Shown here: one piece after another, positions 1 through 10,858 of the stretch
Position numbering within the stretch: the stretch's first letter is position 1
How the letters are laid out: the number at the start of each line of letters is the position of its first letter
NCBI GenBank assembly: GCA_026647565.1
Contig: JAPKGU010000001.1
Location: forward strand, 13,458-77,457
Reading direction: 5' to 3'
Length of the DNA: 64,000 bases
DNA from: Phycisphaerales bacterium
GTDB lineage: Bacteria > Planctomycetota > Phycisphaerae > Phycisphaerales > UBA1924
Program-made: the position numbers and the translations under genes
The notes under the pieces: model-generated
The model's input: only the letters and a program-made list of their open reading frames with translations
Databases searched by the model: none
What the model was told of the DNA's origin: nothing

Positions 1-188
1 GGCCACGGACAGTGGGTGTACCTGCCGCAGTGCGGGCCCGGTGCGCCCAAGGCCAGGAGGTTCGTCCTGCCCGGCGCTTCCGGCGACTCCGTCTACAGAA
101 CCTCCGCTGGTGATGCTGCAAACAGGGATTCTGTTTGTGTAGACGGTGTAGACACGTCCGCCTCCACACCCGCTGGAGGTGCCGCGTG

Positions 189-452
189 ATGCGCTGGACT
201 TCCTACTGGACGAAGGCCTTCGACGAGGGGCGGCACATCGACTGCCGTCTCGATGGCGAGTACGTCGCCCGAGTCTTCGAACTCGAGCGGATCGTGGGCT
301 TTCCGGTCATGCCTCACCGCTGTGGCCGTCAGCGTCGGCTCTTCCTCGCGATGGCGTGCCTGAGGGGGAAGTGGATGGTCGTTGGCGTGTACGGGACATC
401 TGGAGCAGCAAAGCGGGCGTGCGAGCGCGCGCTCGAGGAGGCAATCTCATGA
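189..452 (+). CDS. Hypothetical small protein (mobile-element module)
   Basis: In-frame ATG at 189 preceded by GGAGG (175-179). Its stop overlaps the next start (ATGA). No recognisable domain. Confidence 0.4.
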   Translation: MRWTSYWTKAFDEGRHIDCRLDGEYVARVFELERIVGFPVMPHRCGRQRRLFLAMACLRGKWMVVGVYGTSGAAKRACERALEEAIS

Positions 453-946
453 ATCGATGGAAACTCAGTCTGCACGAGGCGGGCCGCGCGGTCGCCGCCT
501 ACGTGCTCACCAATCACAAGGTCGTGGCGAAGGTGTTCCAGGATGGCTGCTCCTGCTGGCCATCCCAGGAGCTCACTCCGGCGAGCAGGGAAATCGTGTC
601 AGCCATCGGGCCGCTGGCGGCGGCTCTCGCCGAGTGCGAACTGGAGCCGGCGCTCCCGCTCCACTTGAGGAACAAGCTCGTCCAGTTGGAGGCCGTCGGC
701 CAGATCGAGCCGTTCGACCACCTGCTGACCGATCTTCGGGCCGCCACCGAGCTCTCGCTCGCCGCCGAACTCCGCATGGACGGCCCGGAGGACTGGTCAA
801 ACCGATGGTCCGAGCGCCGCGAGTGGGCCACCCCGCTCGCCGAGCAGCTCATCAGCCAGCACCAAGCCCTGATCGTCAAGGCCGCGCGGGAGCTGTTCCT
901 GCACGGCGCTGTCGTGATCCCCCTTACGGAAAGGACGAAGTCATGA
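449..946 (+). CDS. Hypothetical protein with FtsH/M41-peptidase-like helical region and a degenerate zinc motif (HEAGR instead of HEAGH)
   Basis: Begins MNRWKLSLHEAGRAVAAYVL, later IGPLAAALAE. This resembles the HEAGHA...GGRAAE arrangement of M41 peptidases, but the second His is Arg. ATGA overlaps on both sides. Confidence 0.5.
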   Translation: MNRWKLSLHEAGRAVAAYVLTNHKVVAKVFQDGCSCWPSQELTPASREIVSAIGPLAAALAECELEPALPLHLRNKLVQLEAVGQIEPFDHLLTDLRAATELSLAAELRMDGPEDWSNRWSERREWATPLAEQLISQHQALIVKAARELFLHGAVVIPLTERTKS

Positions 947-1632
947 TGTCCCTCGCACAGATCGCCCAGAACAAGAAGCAGCAGGCCCGCACCGCGTTCA
1001 TCAACGCGGCGTGGTCCGAGGAGCCGCCGGAGCGCCTCGCGGAGCTCGCCAACGACGCCGGGATGGAGCTCGCGGCCGCGGACGCCATCCTGGCCCGCAT
1101 CGCGGACATCCGCACCGACATGGCCACCGCGGACACCGTCGCGCATCTCCGGCGTGTGGCGAGTCAGGCGAAGGCCCACTCCGATGCGGTCGGGGCGAAG
1201 GCACAGGCCGCCATCGACAAGCTCGACGCCGAGGCAGAAGCCGTCGCCCGCGAAGCCGATGCCGCGCGGCGCGAACTCGGTGATGCGGAGTCCGCAGCGA
1301 CGCGTGTGCTTTCCGTCTACGAGGAGGGGCTCATCCCTGTCTCCCGCCTGCCGAAGGAGGTCGCTGCGATGATCGAGCGGAGGTCGCTGGAGGCCAAGGT
1401 CAACCAGGCCCACACCGTGGTCATCGCCGCGACCAACAAGCGCAACAGCCTCCGCGAGGAGGTGCAGCGGCTGGAGCGCGATCTGCAGTACCTGCCCATC
1501 TCGCGCGACCGCAAGGAGCAGGAGGCCAGGCTGAACGCCGAGATCGAGCGGGCAAAGGCCGCCCTCGCGGCCGCGGAGGGGCGGCTCAGCGACGCCGAGC
1601 GGGCCCACGCCAAGGCCCGCAGCGCCCTGTAG
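943..1632 (+). CDS. Ala/Glu/Arg-rich coiled-coil protein, function unknown
   Basis: ATG at 943 overlaps the upstream stop, with AAAGGA upstream. Long heptad-like AEAEAVAREADAARREL-type sequence. The longer 382..1632 ORF is out of frame over the upstream gene. Confidence 0.55.
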   Translation: MMSLAQIAQNKKQQARTAFINAAWSEEPPERLAELANDAGMELAAADAILARIADIRTDMATADTVAHLRRVASQAKAHSDAVGAKAQAAIDKLDAEAEAVAREADAARRELGDAESAATRVLSVYEEGLIPVSRLPKEVAAMIERRSLEAKVNQAHTVVIAATNKRNSLREEVQRLERDLQYLPISRDRKEQEARLNAEIERAKAALAAAEGRLSDAERAHAKARSAL

Positions 1633-1758
1633 TCCCGCACATCCCCGCATGTATCTCCCTCTGGCTTTGCCGCCGGGGGGCGACTTGACCCGTGCCACCG
1701 GCCAGCCCTGACTGTGACATGCCCGTCGGCCCCGACGGGCCAATCCACCGGAGTCCGC

Positions 1759-3364
<1,606 letters not shown>

Positions 3365-3599
3365 AAACCTGTTGCCGTCCCGAGCCGCCTCGCGGCCACT
3401 CGGAACAGGATGATCAATGTAGGCATCCGAAACACGCTGTCAAGCATCCAGCCCCCACTTGTGCCCGTCGTCTGCGAGCGACACGCCCGGGCTCTCGCCG
3501 CCGCATCGCACCAGCCGCCCGCGCACCGACGCCTGTTCGCCACAGGCCGATCCGCCGTCCTCCCGCAATCGCTCACCTGAGAGGAATCGCTCACGCGCC

Positions 3600-3803
3600 T
3601 CAGTTGGTCTTCAGCTGGATCTGGCCGTCGCCGTGCAGCTTGAAGGGGCTGCCGCTCGGACCGACCTTGCTGCCCTGGACGTAGACGAAGCCGCACGCCG
3701 CGAGCAGGCACACCACGGCCACGAACAGCAGGGCGGTGTAGACATCCACTCCCGCGCCGCGCCGGTGCTTCCCGCCCGGCATCTGCATTCCAATCTGGTT
3801 CAT
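3600..3803 (-). CDS. Small membrane protein (single TM helix)
   Basis: 67 aa with the hydrophobic stretch ALLFVAVVCLLAACGFVYV. GGAG lies about 9 nt upstream of the ATG. Confidence 0.5.
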   Translation of the reverse strand: MNQIGMQMPGGKHRRGAGVDVYTALLFVAVVCLLAACGFVYVQGSKVGPSGSPFKLHGDGQIQLKTN

Positions 3804-3870
3804 CGGTCGATTCTCCGAGGCACTCGGTGAGCGCTGGTTTGGATATCGCGGCCTCTCGCGGGCGTCCGCA

Positions 3871-4737
3871 TCACTTCACGCGGCTCAGCACCGAGTCGCC
3901 CGTGCGGACCTCGATCTTGTCGCGACCGAGCAGATCGATCCGCCCAACGGCGTAGTTGAGGTCGGTCTGCGTGATGATCAGGTGCCCGAGGAACTCCCCG
4001 TTTCGACCGATGTACATCTGCATGTTGTTGCGGATGCGATCGTTGCTGCCCGCGTTGATCCGAGCCAGGAGAGCGCCCGAAGACGGGTCACGCTCCACGC
4101 TCTCGACCTGCGCCGTGATCAGCGGGCCGGCGTCCACGAACGGCGCCGACACGCTGCCGGACGAGGTCGGCGTCACGCCGCCCTGCGCCTGCGCCAGAGC
4201 CGTCTTGACCTCCGTCAGCTGCTCCTGAAGCGAGCGGAGCGTCTGCTCCAGAACCTCGCGACGGGACTCGAGATCGTTGATGCGGTCCTCGAGCTGGAGC
4301 TCACGCTGCCGGAACTGGATCTCGCTGTCGCGGAGCGACGTCACCTCGACCCGGTAACCCTCGATCAGCTTGGACTGCGTCCGCGCCGTCTCCTCGAGGA
4401 TCTTCGTCTTGTTCGACACCTCGTCGCGCTGCGTCATCGCCTCGCGCTTCGCCGCGATCTCGCGGGCATTGGCCGTCTGCAGCTCGCGGATCTCGGACTC
4501 CTTGGCCGCCAGCGCGTTCTGCACGTCGCTCAGCTGCGTCTGCAGACGCGCACGCTCCGCGGAGAAGTTCGAGACCTCCGCCGCCTTGGTCGATTCCGCG
4601 GCCTTGCGCCGCGCCGACTCCGCGCCGTAGTCCGCCACGATCTTGTCCGCGTTCACCGCGTACGCCATGGTCAGGCCCGCGAGAAGGATGCTCAGGACCG
4701 CCGCGAACACCACAAAGATCTTCGAGAGAATGTGCAC
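3871..4737 (-). CDS. Membrane-anchored coiled-coil protein
   Basis: N-terminal TM segment ILSKIFVVFAAVLSILLAGLTMAYAV followed by long coiled-coil sequence. GTG at 4737 is preferred because AGGAG lies 7 nt upstream. The ORF is open up to 4878. Confidence 0.6.
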   Translation of the reverse strand: MHILSKIFVVFAAVLSILLAGLTMAYAVNADKIVADYGAESARRKAAESTKAAEVSNFSAERARLQTQLSDVQNALAAKESEIRELQTANAREIAAKREAMTQRDEVSNKTKILEETARTQSKLIEGYRVEVTSLRDSEIQFRQRELQLEDRINDLESRREVLEQTLRSLQEQLTEVKTALAQAQGGVTPTSSGSVSAPFVDAGPLITAQVESVERDPSSGALLARINAGSNDRIRNNMQMYIGRNGEFLGHLIITQTDLNYAVGRIDLLGRDKIEVRTGDSVLSRVK

Positions 4738-5202
4738 CCTGCTGCTCCTGTCACTGCTGGCCGCGGCCGACGCTGCCTCCGTGGACCGCGCCGCCGCGAT
4801 GAACACTGAACCCCGTCCGAAGGGGGGCATGTTTATATGCCTCCCACACCACTCCGGACGACTCCGACCTCCCGACATCCGCCGTCAGATTCCCGAACAA
4901 ACCGTCCGGCGGCGGCCACCCGGAACGATTCACCACACCTTGAGGGAACCCTTGATACCTGACGGCGCGGCCTCTTGTCAACCGGCCCCAGGGTTCGACG
5001 CAGGACTCGGCCCCACCGGCTTTCGCGAGAAACCGATACGCGGCCCATGCCGCCGCGGGTTCCCTCCCCACCAACGCCGGAACCAACCGGGGTCTTTGCC
5101 CCACGTTCTCTGCTCCAAAGACCCCGCCAAGGCCCCCGTCCACATGATCCTCGCTCCGAGCCGCTTCCCCAGGACCGGGCGTCTGTCCCGACCGACACGC
5201 CC

Positions 5203-5709
5203 TCAAAGCACCGGCCTCAGCATCTCGATGGAGGAGACTCGAAACCCCTCCGCCTCAAACGTCGCCCTCGCCGCATCGTTGAACGACGCCGTCTCCAGCC
5301 GCACCTGCGTCACGCCAAGAGACCGGAACCGGGCAACCGCCTCGCGCGTCAGCGCGCGGGCGATGCCCCGGCGCCGGGCGGCGGGAACGACGTACAAGTC
5401 GTGGATCCAGCCGAACTCGGCCGTGGCGTAGATGGGGATCGCGGACTCGATGGACGCGACGAGGAAGGCGGCGAGGCCCGGCTTCGTGAGTCCGGGTTTC
5501 ATGGGGTCAGGGATGTCGGGCTCTTCGGCGACGAGGAAGACCGAACGCGGGTCGGCGGCGCGAATGGGGAGCCAGCGGGCGTAGCGGTCGAGGACATCGG
5601 GGAGCGTGGCGAAGCGGTCTGGATCGCGAGCGGCGTGCTCGTCGAGGAGCGCCCCCACCATCGGAAGCACAAGCGGCACGTCGGCGGGAGTGGCGGGGCG
5701 GAGGGGCAT
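5203..5709 (-). CDS. GNAT family N-acetyltransferase
   Basis: Acetyl-CoA binding motif A-like VVPAARRRGIARAL and a typical ~168 aa length. Confidence 0.8.
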   Translation of the reverse strand: MPLRPATPADVPLVLPMVGALLDEHAARDPDRFATLPDVLDRYARWLPIRAADPRSVFLVAEEPDIPDPMKPGLTKPGLAAFLVASIESAIPIYATAEFGWIHDLYVVPAARRRGIARALTREAVARFRSLGVTQVRLETASFNDAARATFEAEGFRVSSIEMLRPVL

Positions 5710-5730
5710 GACAAAGCGTAGATTCGCGAT

Positions 5731-6219
5731 CTATGCCATTCGATCGATGAAGTACTCACTCGCATTCGCGATCACTGGCTTGTCGAAACCCTCGGCGATC
5801 AGAGCGGCTTCGATCTCGTGAAGCGACTGAACATCGCCACACACGTCGAATCCGTGCCTCACGTCGTCGTCCGTATCCACCCAGTATCGCAGGCACGCCG
5901 TGAAGTCGGCGGCGTACACAAGCGTGTGAACCCGCCAATCATCCGAGCAGGACGAGGCCAACGTTGCCGGTGTGCTTGCCCACTTGTCGAGCTCGGCCCA
6001 TGAGCAGGGGCGCTCCGTCGAGATCCAATCGTCATGCTCGATCCAGTCTTCAAGCACAAGAATGTCGGTGTCGCCGTGACGTCGATGCAGCACACGAATG
6101 GCAATCGCAACGACGTGTGCCAACTGTGAACGCGAAGCAATCGACGGCATGAAGTGCAGAACATTCCCATCGAAGGGCGGGAGTGCCTTCTGGAGACGCT
6201 GTGTCAACTCGTCGTTCAT
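5731..6219 (-). CDS. Hypothetical protein (lower-GC orphan)
   Basis: Clean 162-aa ORF in a stretch visibly less GC-rich than its neighbours. No motif recognised. Confidence 0.55.
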   Translation of the reverse strand: MNDELTQRLQKALPPFDGNVLHFMPSIASRSQLAHVVAIAIRVLHRRHGDTDILVLEDWIEHDDWISTERPCSWAELDKWASTPATLASSCSDDWRVHTLVYAADFTACLRYWVDTDDDVRHGFDVCGDVQSLHEIEAALIAEGFDKPVIANASEYFIDRMA

Positions 6220-6327
6220 GAATCGTCCATTCCAACAGTTACAAAGTCGGGGCCCGGCCTTTCGGCCGAGCCCCTCTCGTCTCTCTTGATGCTCGCGACG
6301 GCTCCTTCGAGCCGTGCCACCACGGCA

Positions 6328-7521
6328 TCACACCTCCAGTTCGGCCTCGGATTCCTCGACGGCCTCGTTGCCGACGGGCGTGGTCACGCGGGGCGGGACC
6401 TTGGCCGCGAGCAGGGCGCGACGGATCTCGTCGAGCAGGTCGGGGTTGTCCTTCAGGAACTGCTTGGAGTTCTCGCGGCCCTGGCCGAGGCGCACCTCGC
6501 CCCGGCTGAACCACGCGCCGGACTTCTGGACGATCTCGGCCTCGATCGCCAGGTCGAGCACGTCGCCGGTGACGGAGATGCCCTCGCTGAACATGATGTC
6601 GAACTCGGACTCGCGGAAGGGGGGCGCGACCTTGTTCTTGACGACGCGGGCGCGGACGCGGTTGCCGACGTTGACGTCGCCATCCTTGATCGCGCTGATG
6701 CGCCGGATGTCGATGCGGACGGAGGAGTAGAACTTGAGGGCGCGGCCGCCGGGGGTTGTTTCGGGCGAACCGAACATGACGCCGATCTTCTCGCGGATCT
6801 GGTTGATGAAGATGACGGTGCAGTTGGAGCGTGCGATCACGCCGGTGAGCTTGCGCATCGCCTGGGACATGAGGCGTGCCTGGAGGCCGACGTGGCTGTC
6901 GCCCATCTCGCCCTCGATCTCGGCCTTGGGGATGAGAGCCGCGACGGAGTCGACGACGATCACATCCACGGCGTTGGACCGCACCAGCAGCTCACAGATC
7001 TCCAGGGCCTGCTCGCCGGTGTCGGGCTGAGAGACGAGGAGGTTGTCGATGTTGACGCCGATCTTGCGTGCCCACGACGGGTCGAGGGCGTGCTCCGCGT
7101 CGATGAAGGCGGCGACGCCGCCCTTCTTCTGCGCGTTGGCCGCGACGGTGAGGGCGAGGGTGGTCTTACCGGAGGATTCCGGGCCGAAGATCTCGACGAT
7201 GCGGCCGCGGGGGATGCCCTTGCCGCCGAGCGCCAGGTCGAGCGAGAGTGCGCCGGTGGAGATGCCGGGGATGTTGAGATAGGCCTCTTCATCCAGGCGC
7301 ATGATCGAGCCCTTGCCGAAGTTGCGGTCGATCTGCTGGAGGGCGCGATCGAGTGCCGCGGCCTTCTCACGGTCGATCGTGATCGGCTCCGGTGCCTTGG
7401 GCTTTGTTGTTGTGGGCTTGAGTTCGGCCTTCGACTCGCTGCGGGACTTACCTTCGCTGCGGTCGGCCTTGGACTCGGACTTGGATTCGATCTGCGCGGA
7501 CGTAGACGAACTGCGAGCCAT
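6328..7521 (-). CDS. recA: Recombinase RecA with a Lys/Ser-rich N-terminal extension
   Basis: Walker [11 protein letters not shown] plus FIDAEHALD and the L2 region [27 protein letters not shown] at 7521 with AAGGAG 8 nt upstream. Confidence 0.95.
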   Translation of the reverse strand: MARSSSTSAQIESKSESKADRSEGKSRSESKAELKPTTTKPKAPEPITIDREKAAALDRALQQIDRNFGKGSIMRLDEEAYLNIPGISTGALSLDLALGGKGIPRGRIVEIFGPESSGKTTLALTVAANAQKKGGVAAFIDAEHALDPSWARKIGVNIDNLLVSQPDTGEQALEICELLVRSNAVDVIVVDSVAALIPKAEIEGEMGDSHVGLQARLMSQAMRKLTGVIARSNCTVIFINQIREKIGVMFGSPETTPGGRALKFYSSVRIDIRRISAIKDGDVNVGNRVRARVVKNKVAPPFRESEFDIMFSEGISVTGDVLDLAIEAEIVQKSGAWFSRGEVRLGQGRENSKQFLKDNPDLLDEIRRALLAAKVPPRVTTPVGNEAVEESEAELEV

Positions 7522-7794
7522 GCGGCACGCTCCTTTGCTGCCGTGCGGGGCCGCTTGTGTCCCTGGACCGAGCGTCAGATCGCGAAGAAGCCGTCGACTC
7601 TTTGGTCTTGACTTTCGGATCAGCCGGGCGGGTGAGGGGTGCGGGCGCAACGGGTCCCGACGCGGGGCACGATTCGGATCAACACGATCCGGATTCGTCG
7701 ATCAGGGGCGGCGTCGGACGCGGGCCTGACTGGTGAACACGATACAACCACATCGGCGGCTCGTCAAAGCAAGGACCAGTGTGGAGGGCCGCGC

Positions 7795-7816
7795 CACTGA
7801 CAACTGTCTGTCAGTG
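7795..7816. promoter_or_regulatory. Perfect 8-bp inverted repeat CACTGACA-N6-TGTCAGTG about 275 nt upstream of recA
   Basis: Read directly in the AT-richer recA upstream region. Function (operator or hairpin) unknown. Confidence 0.25.
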
Positions 7817-7990
7817 AGAAATGTCAAGCGGCGTGCCGCCCTTGCAGCACGATGCGCACAAGTCCATGTGTCACAGGCCTTTGCGAGATGTATTCCGCGA
7901 TCAGCACCCGCCATTCAAGGCGTCGATGAAACGGAGAACATCGAGGATGTCCACATGGGATGAAGTCCAGAAACGATCGAGCGGCCGTGC

Positions 7991-9556
7991 TCACGCCAGC
8001 CACTTGTCATCAACGGTCATGCCCGTCGGCAGCGGCGCATCCGGACCGGACTCGATCATGCCCGCGACGGGGTACGCGCAGTAATCCACGCTGAACGAGC
8101 CCGCCGGGCGATGGTTGCCCGACAGCCCAAGCCCGCCGAACGGCAGCTTGCTCGAAGCGCCGGCTGTGCCCGCGTTCACGTTGATGCAGCCGGCGCGGGC
8201 CTCATTGAGGAATCGGTCCGCGGCGGCGTTGTCCTTCGTGAAGATGGACGCCGCGAGGCCGTAGCGTGTGGTGTTCGCCTGCTCGATCGCTTCATCGAGC
8301 GACTTCACGACACTGATGCGGACGAGGGGGCCGAAGACCTCGGTGTCGCACCCGGCATCGCGGCCTGCGTGAAGTTCGGGCTCGCCTCCGAGGGTGAAAC
8401 GATCAACGCGGGCGACGCCCGGCGTCAGGTAGAAACCTCGCTCCGGCGTGTCGATGGGCGTCGACGGAACGAGGATCTCGGCGCCGGCCTTCTGGAGTGA
8501 CCTCTGGAAGGCGAAGACGGCGTCGCGTGAAGGACCATTGATGATCGGGCCCATGAAGACGGGGTGCGCCGCGCGCGGATCGCCGACAATCAGGTTCGAT
8601 GCCGCCTTGCAGAAAGCGGGGATGAACCTCGACGCGATCGATTCGTGCACAATCACGCGCCGGGTGCACGTGCAGCGCTGGCCGGTGGTCACGAAGCCGG
8701 ATCGGACACACTCGACGAGGGCCTGCCTGAGATCGCCATCGGGCATGATCACGGCGGCGTTGTTGCCGCCCATCTCCAGCGCCAGAATCCGGCCGGGGCG
8801 GTCGAGGTTCGCCTCCATGATCCGACGCCCCACGGGCCAGGACCCGGTGAACAGGATCCCGTCGATGCCGTCGTGCGACGAGAGTGCCGCGGCAACGTCG
8901 GCGCCGCCCTGCACCAGATTCACCACACCCGGCGGAGCCCCTTCCGCGTCCAGCGCCTCCTGGAACAGCTCGACCAGCATCTGCCCCGTCGCCGGCGCCT
9001 TGTCCGACGGCTTGAGCACGACCGTGTTCCCGAGCGCGAGCGCCGGAACCATGTGCCCGTTCGGCAGGTGCGCCGGAAAGTTGAACGGGCCGAGCACGCC
9101 CATGACGCCGTGCGGTCGGAACCACGACCTGCCCTGCTTCGTCGGCGTCATCGCGAACTCAACGCCGGTCACACGCGAGAGCGCACCGGTCGGCGTCGCA
9201 TCCAGCGTGATGTCCACCTTGTTCGTGAGCGCCGAGACCTCGCCCTTGCTGTCCCACATCGCCTTGCCCGTCTCGTCGCAGATCAGGTCAGCAATCCGCT
9301 GCGCACGCTCCGAGACCAGGCCCTTGAAGCGCTGCAGGACGGCAAAGCGGCGCTCGCGGGACCAGCGGGACCACGCGGGGAGTGCGGCTCGCGCGCCAGC
9401 GATCGCCTCGTGCAGGTGCGCCACGCTCGAACCGGAGCTGAACACGACCTGCGCGGGGCGAGCGGGGTTGAACGACCGGACAGAATCGCCGGGGATGGGG
9501 ACCCATCGCCCGTTGATGAGATTGGACGGCTCGCGTGAGAGTGACGGGTGCTTCAT
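7991..9556 (-). CDS. astD: N-succinylglutamate 5-semialdehyde dehydrogenase-type aldehyde dehydrogenase (AstD-like)
   Basis: GPFNFPAHLPNGHMVPALALGNTVVLKPS, LALEMGGNN and GQRCTCTRR match the AstD subfamily signatures of aldehyde dehydrogenases. Confidence 0.8.
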   Translation of the reverse strand: MKHPSLSREPSNLINGRWVPIPGDSVRSFNPARPAQVVFSSGSSVAHLHEAIAGARAALPAWSRWSRERRFAVLQRFKGLVSERAQRIADLICDETGKAMWDSKGEVSALTNKVDITLDATPTGALSRVTGVEFAMTPTKQGRSWFRPHGVMGVLGPFNFPAHLPNGHMVPALALGNTVVLKPSDKAPATGQMLVELFQEALDAEGAPPGVVNLVQGGADVAAALSSHDGIDGILFTGSWPVGRRIMEANLDRPGRILALEMGGNNAAVIMPDGDLRQALVECVRSGFVTTGQRCTCTRRVIVHESIASRFIPAFCKAASNLIVGDPRAAHPVFMGPIINGPSRDAVFAFQRSLQKAGAEILVPSTPIDTPERGFYLTPGVARVDRFTLGGEPELHAGRDAGCDTEVFGPLVRISVVKSLDEAIEQANTTRYGLAASIFTKDNAAADRFLNEARAGCINVNAGTAGASSKLPFGGLGLSGNHRPAGSFSVDYCAYPVAGMIESGPDAPLPTGMTVDDKWLA

Positions 9557-9594
9557 GCGATTCCCTTCGCCTGATGCTGGTGGGCCGGGAGTCC

Positions 9595-10800
9595 TCAGGC
9601 CTTGGCCTTGGAGCGCGGACGCGGCCTCTTGCCGGGTGCCTGCGCCTTGGATGGGATCAGCGGCCCGGTCGCCTTCTTGAGATCATCGATGGGCGTGATC
9701 CCGATGGTGCTCCGGATGTCGGCCTTGAGCGCCGTGATCGCCTCCCGAGTGATGCGCACGCGCCCCTGCTTGTCCAGTGCCATCGGCGTCTCGACCGCGC
9801 GGAAGTCGCCGTCGCTCGTCAGGACGCTCGCGTACCCGCTGAGAGGACAGTCCGAGGCGTCGATGCTGTCGGCGAGCGCGGCGCGCGTGGTCTTCTTCAC
9901 GATCTCGATGTCGGAGGTCTTGGCCTCCAGGTGCGGCCCGCCGTCAAAGGGGTCGATGCGGTTGTGGTACTTGAACCCGAGCTTCTCCAGCATCCGGCGC
10001 GCGGGGACGGTCTCGGGGCTGACCTGGCCGACGGCGTTGCGCGCTTCGGCGGGAAGGAGGGTGAGGTAGATCTCCTCGCGCGGCAGCAGCGAGAGCATGA
10101 ACTCCTTGCTGTGCTGGCAGAAGCGATCGGCCTCCGGGTACGAGAGATTGATGAAGCGACGCCCGAAGTACTCCCAGAACGGGTTCTGTCCGTCGTGAGA
10201 GATCGGCGCCATCATCTCCGCGAGCACGCGATCCGCGAACAGCTCCGGATACAGACCGATGAAGTGGAATCGGATGTACGACAGGAACCGGCCGAGTCGC
10301 TGGCGGTGCGATCGCATCGACGGCTGAAGGATCAGCCCCCCCACCTCCGTCGGCGCCGACTCGTCAAGGTGGAGCTTCGCCACGACGTGCGTCGTGCCGA
10401 CCTGCAGGTCCGTCGAGAACATCTCCTTGCGCGTCAACTGGTACGAGAGATTCGGCTGTCCCGGACCGCCCATCCGCGAAACCACCTGGCACGTGCCCAG
10501 CGGCGTGCCGCTGTCGGCATCCTCCAGCACGAACATGAAGAGCGGCGCCTTGCCCGTGATGGCGCGAAGCCCGGCAGAGATCACCCCGTGGTGACCCGCG
10601 CTCGGATCCACACGCTTCCCCGCGTTCACCTTGCCCGCGCCCGTCACAAGCTCCGACGCCAGCAGGAACGACTGCCTCGACCACTGCACCTTCTCGCCGA
10701 TGATCGTGTTGTCCGGCGGCAGGTTGATGAAGTACACCATCCTCGCCAGCTTCAGCAGGGTCGGAACGTCGTTCGGGATCGCGCGTCGGATGATGAACAC
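9595..10800 (-). CDS. astA: Arginine/ornithine N-succinyltransferase family protein (AstA-like)
   Basis: NPFWEYFGRRFINLSYPEADRF, LLPAEARNAVGQVSPETVPARRMLEKLGFKY and IDPFDGGPHLE fit the AstA family (PF04958). GTG at 10800 is preferred; the alternative ATG at 10893 would overlap the upstream gene by 35 nt. Confidence 0.75.
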   Translation of the reverse strand: MFIIRRAIPNDVPTLLKLARMVYFINLPPDNTIIGEKVQWSRQSFLLASELVTGAGKVNAGKRVDPSAGHHGVISAGLRAITGKAPLFMFVLEDADSGTPLGTCQVVSRMGGPGQPNLSYQLTRKEMFSTDLQVGTTHVVAKLHLDESAPTEVGGLILQPSMRSHRQRLGRFLSYIRFHFIGLYPELFADRVLAEMMAPISHDGQNPFWEYFGRRFINLSYPEADRFCQHSKEFMLSLLPREEIYLTLLPAEARNAVGQVSPETVPARRMLEKLGFKYHNRIDPFDGGPHLEAKTSDIEIVKKTTRAALADSIDASDCPLSGYASVLTSDGDFRAVETPMALDKQGRVRITREAITALKADIRSTIGITPIDDLKKATGPLIPSKAQAPGKRPRPRSKAKA

Positions 10801-10858
10801 GGGTTGGCTTTCGGTGAGATGATCGACCAGGCTACAGGACGCACGCTGAAAGAGACGC

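Noticed and set aside
4821-4847. Imperfect hairpin GGGGGGCAT-GTTTAT-ATGCCTCCC in the 465-nt spacer between the coiled-coil gene and the GNAT gene, considered as a terminator or ncRNA
   Set aside because: There is no T-tract on either strand and the stem has a mismatch. I could not match the spacer to any known RNA family by eye, so it is left unannotated.
7702-8084. Small ORFs (70-87 aa) in the recA upstream region
   Set aside because: They overlap one another in different frames, lack RBS motifs and have odd composition. The region more likely holds promoter or regulatory sequence.
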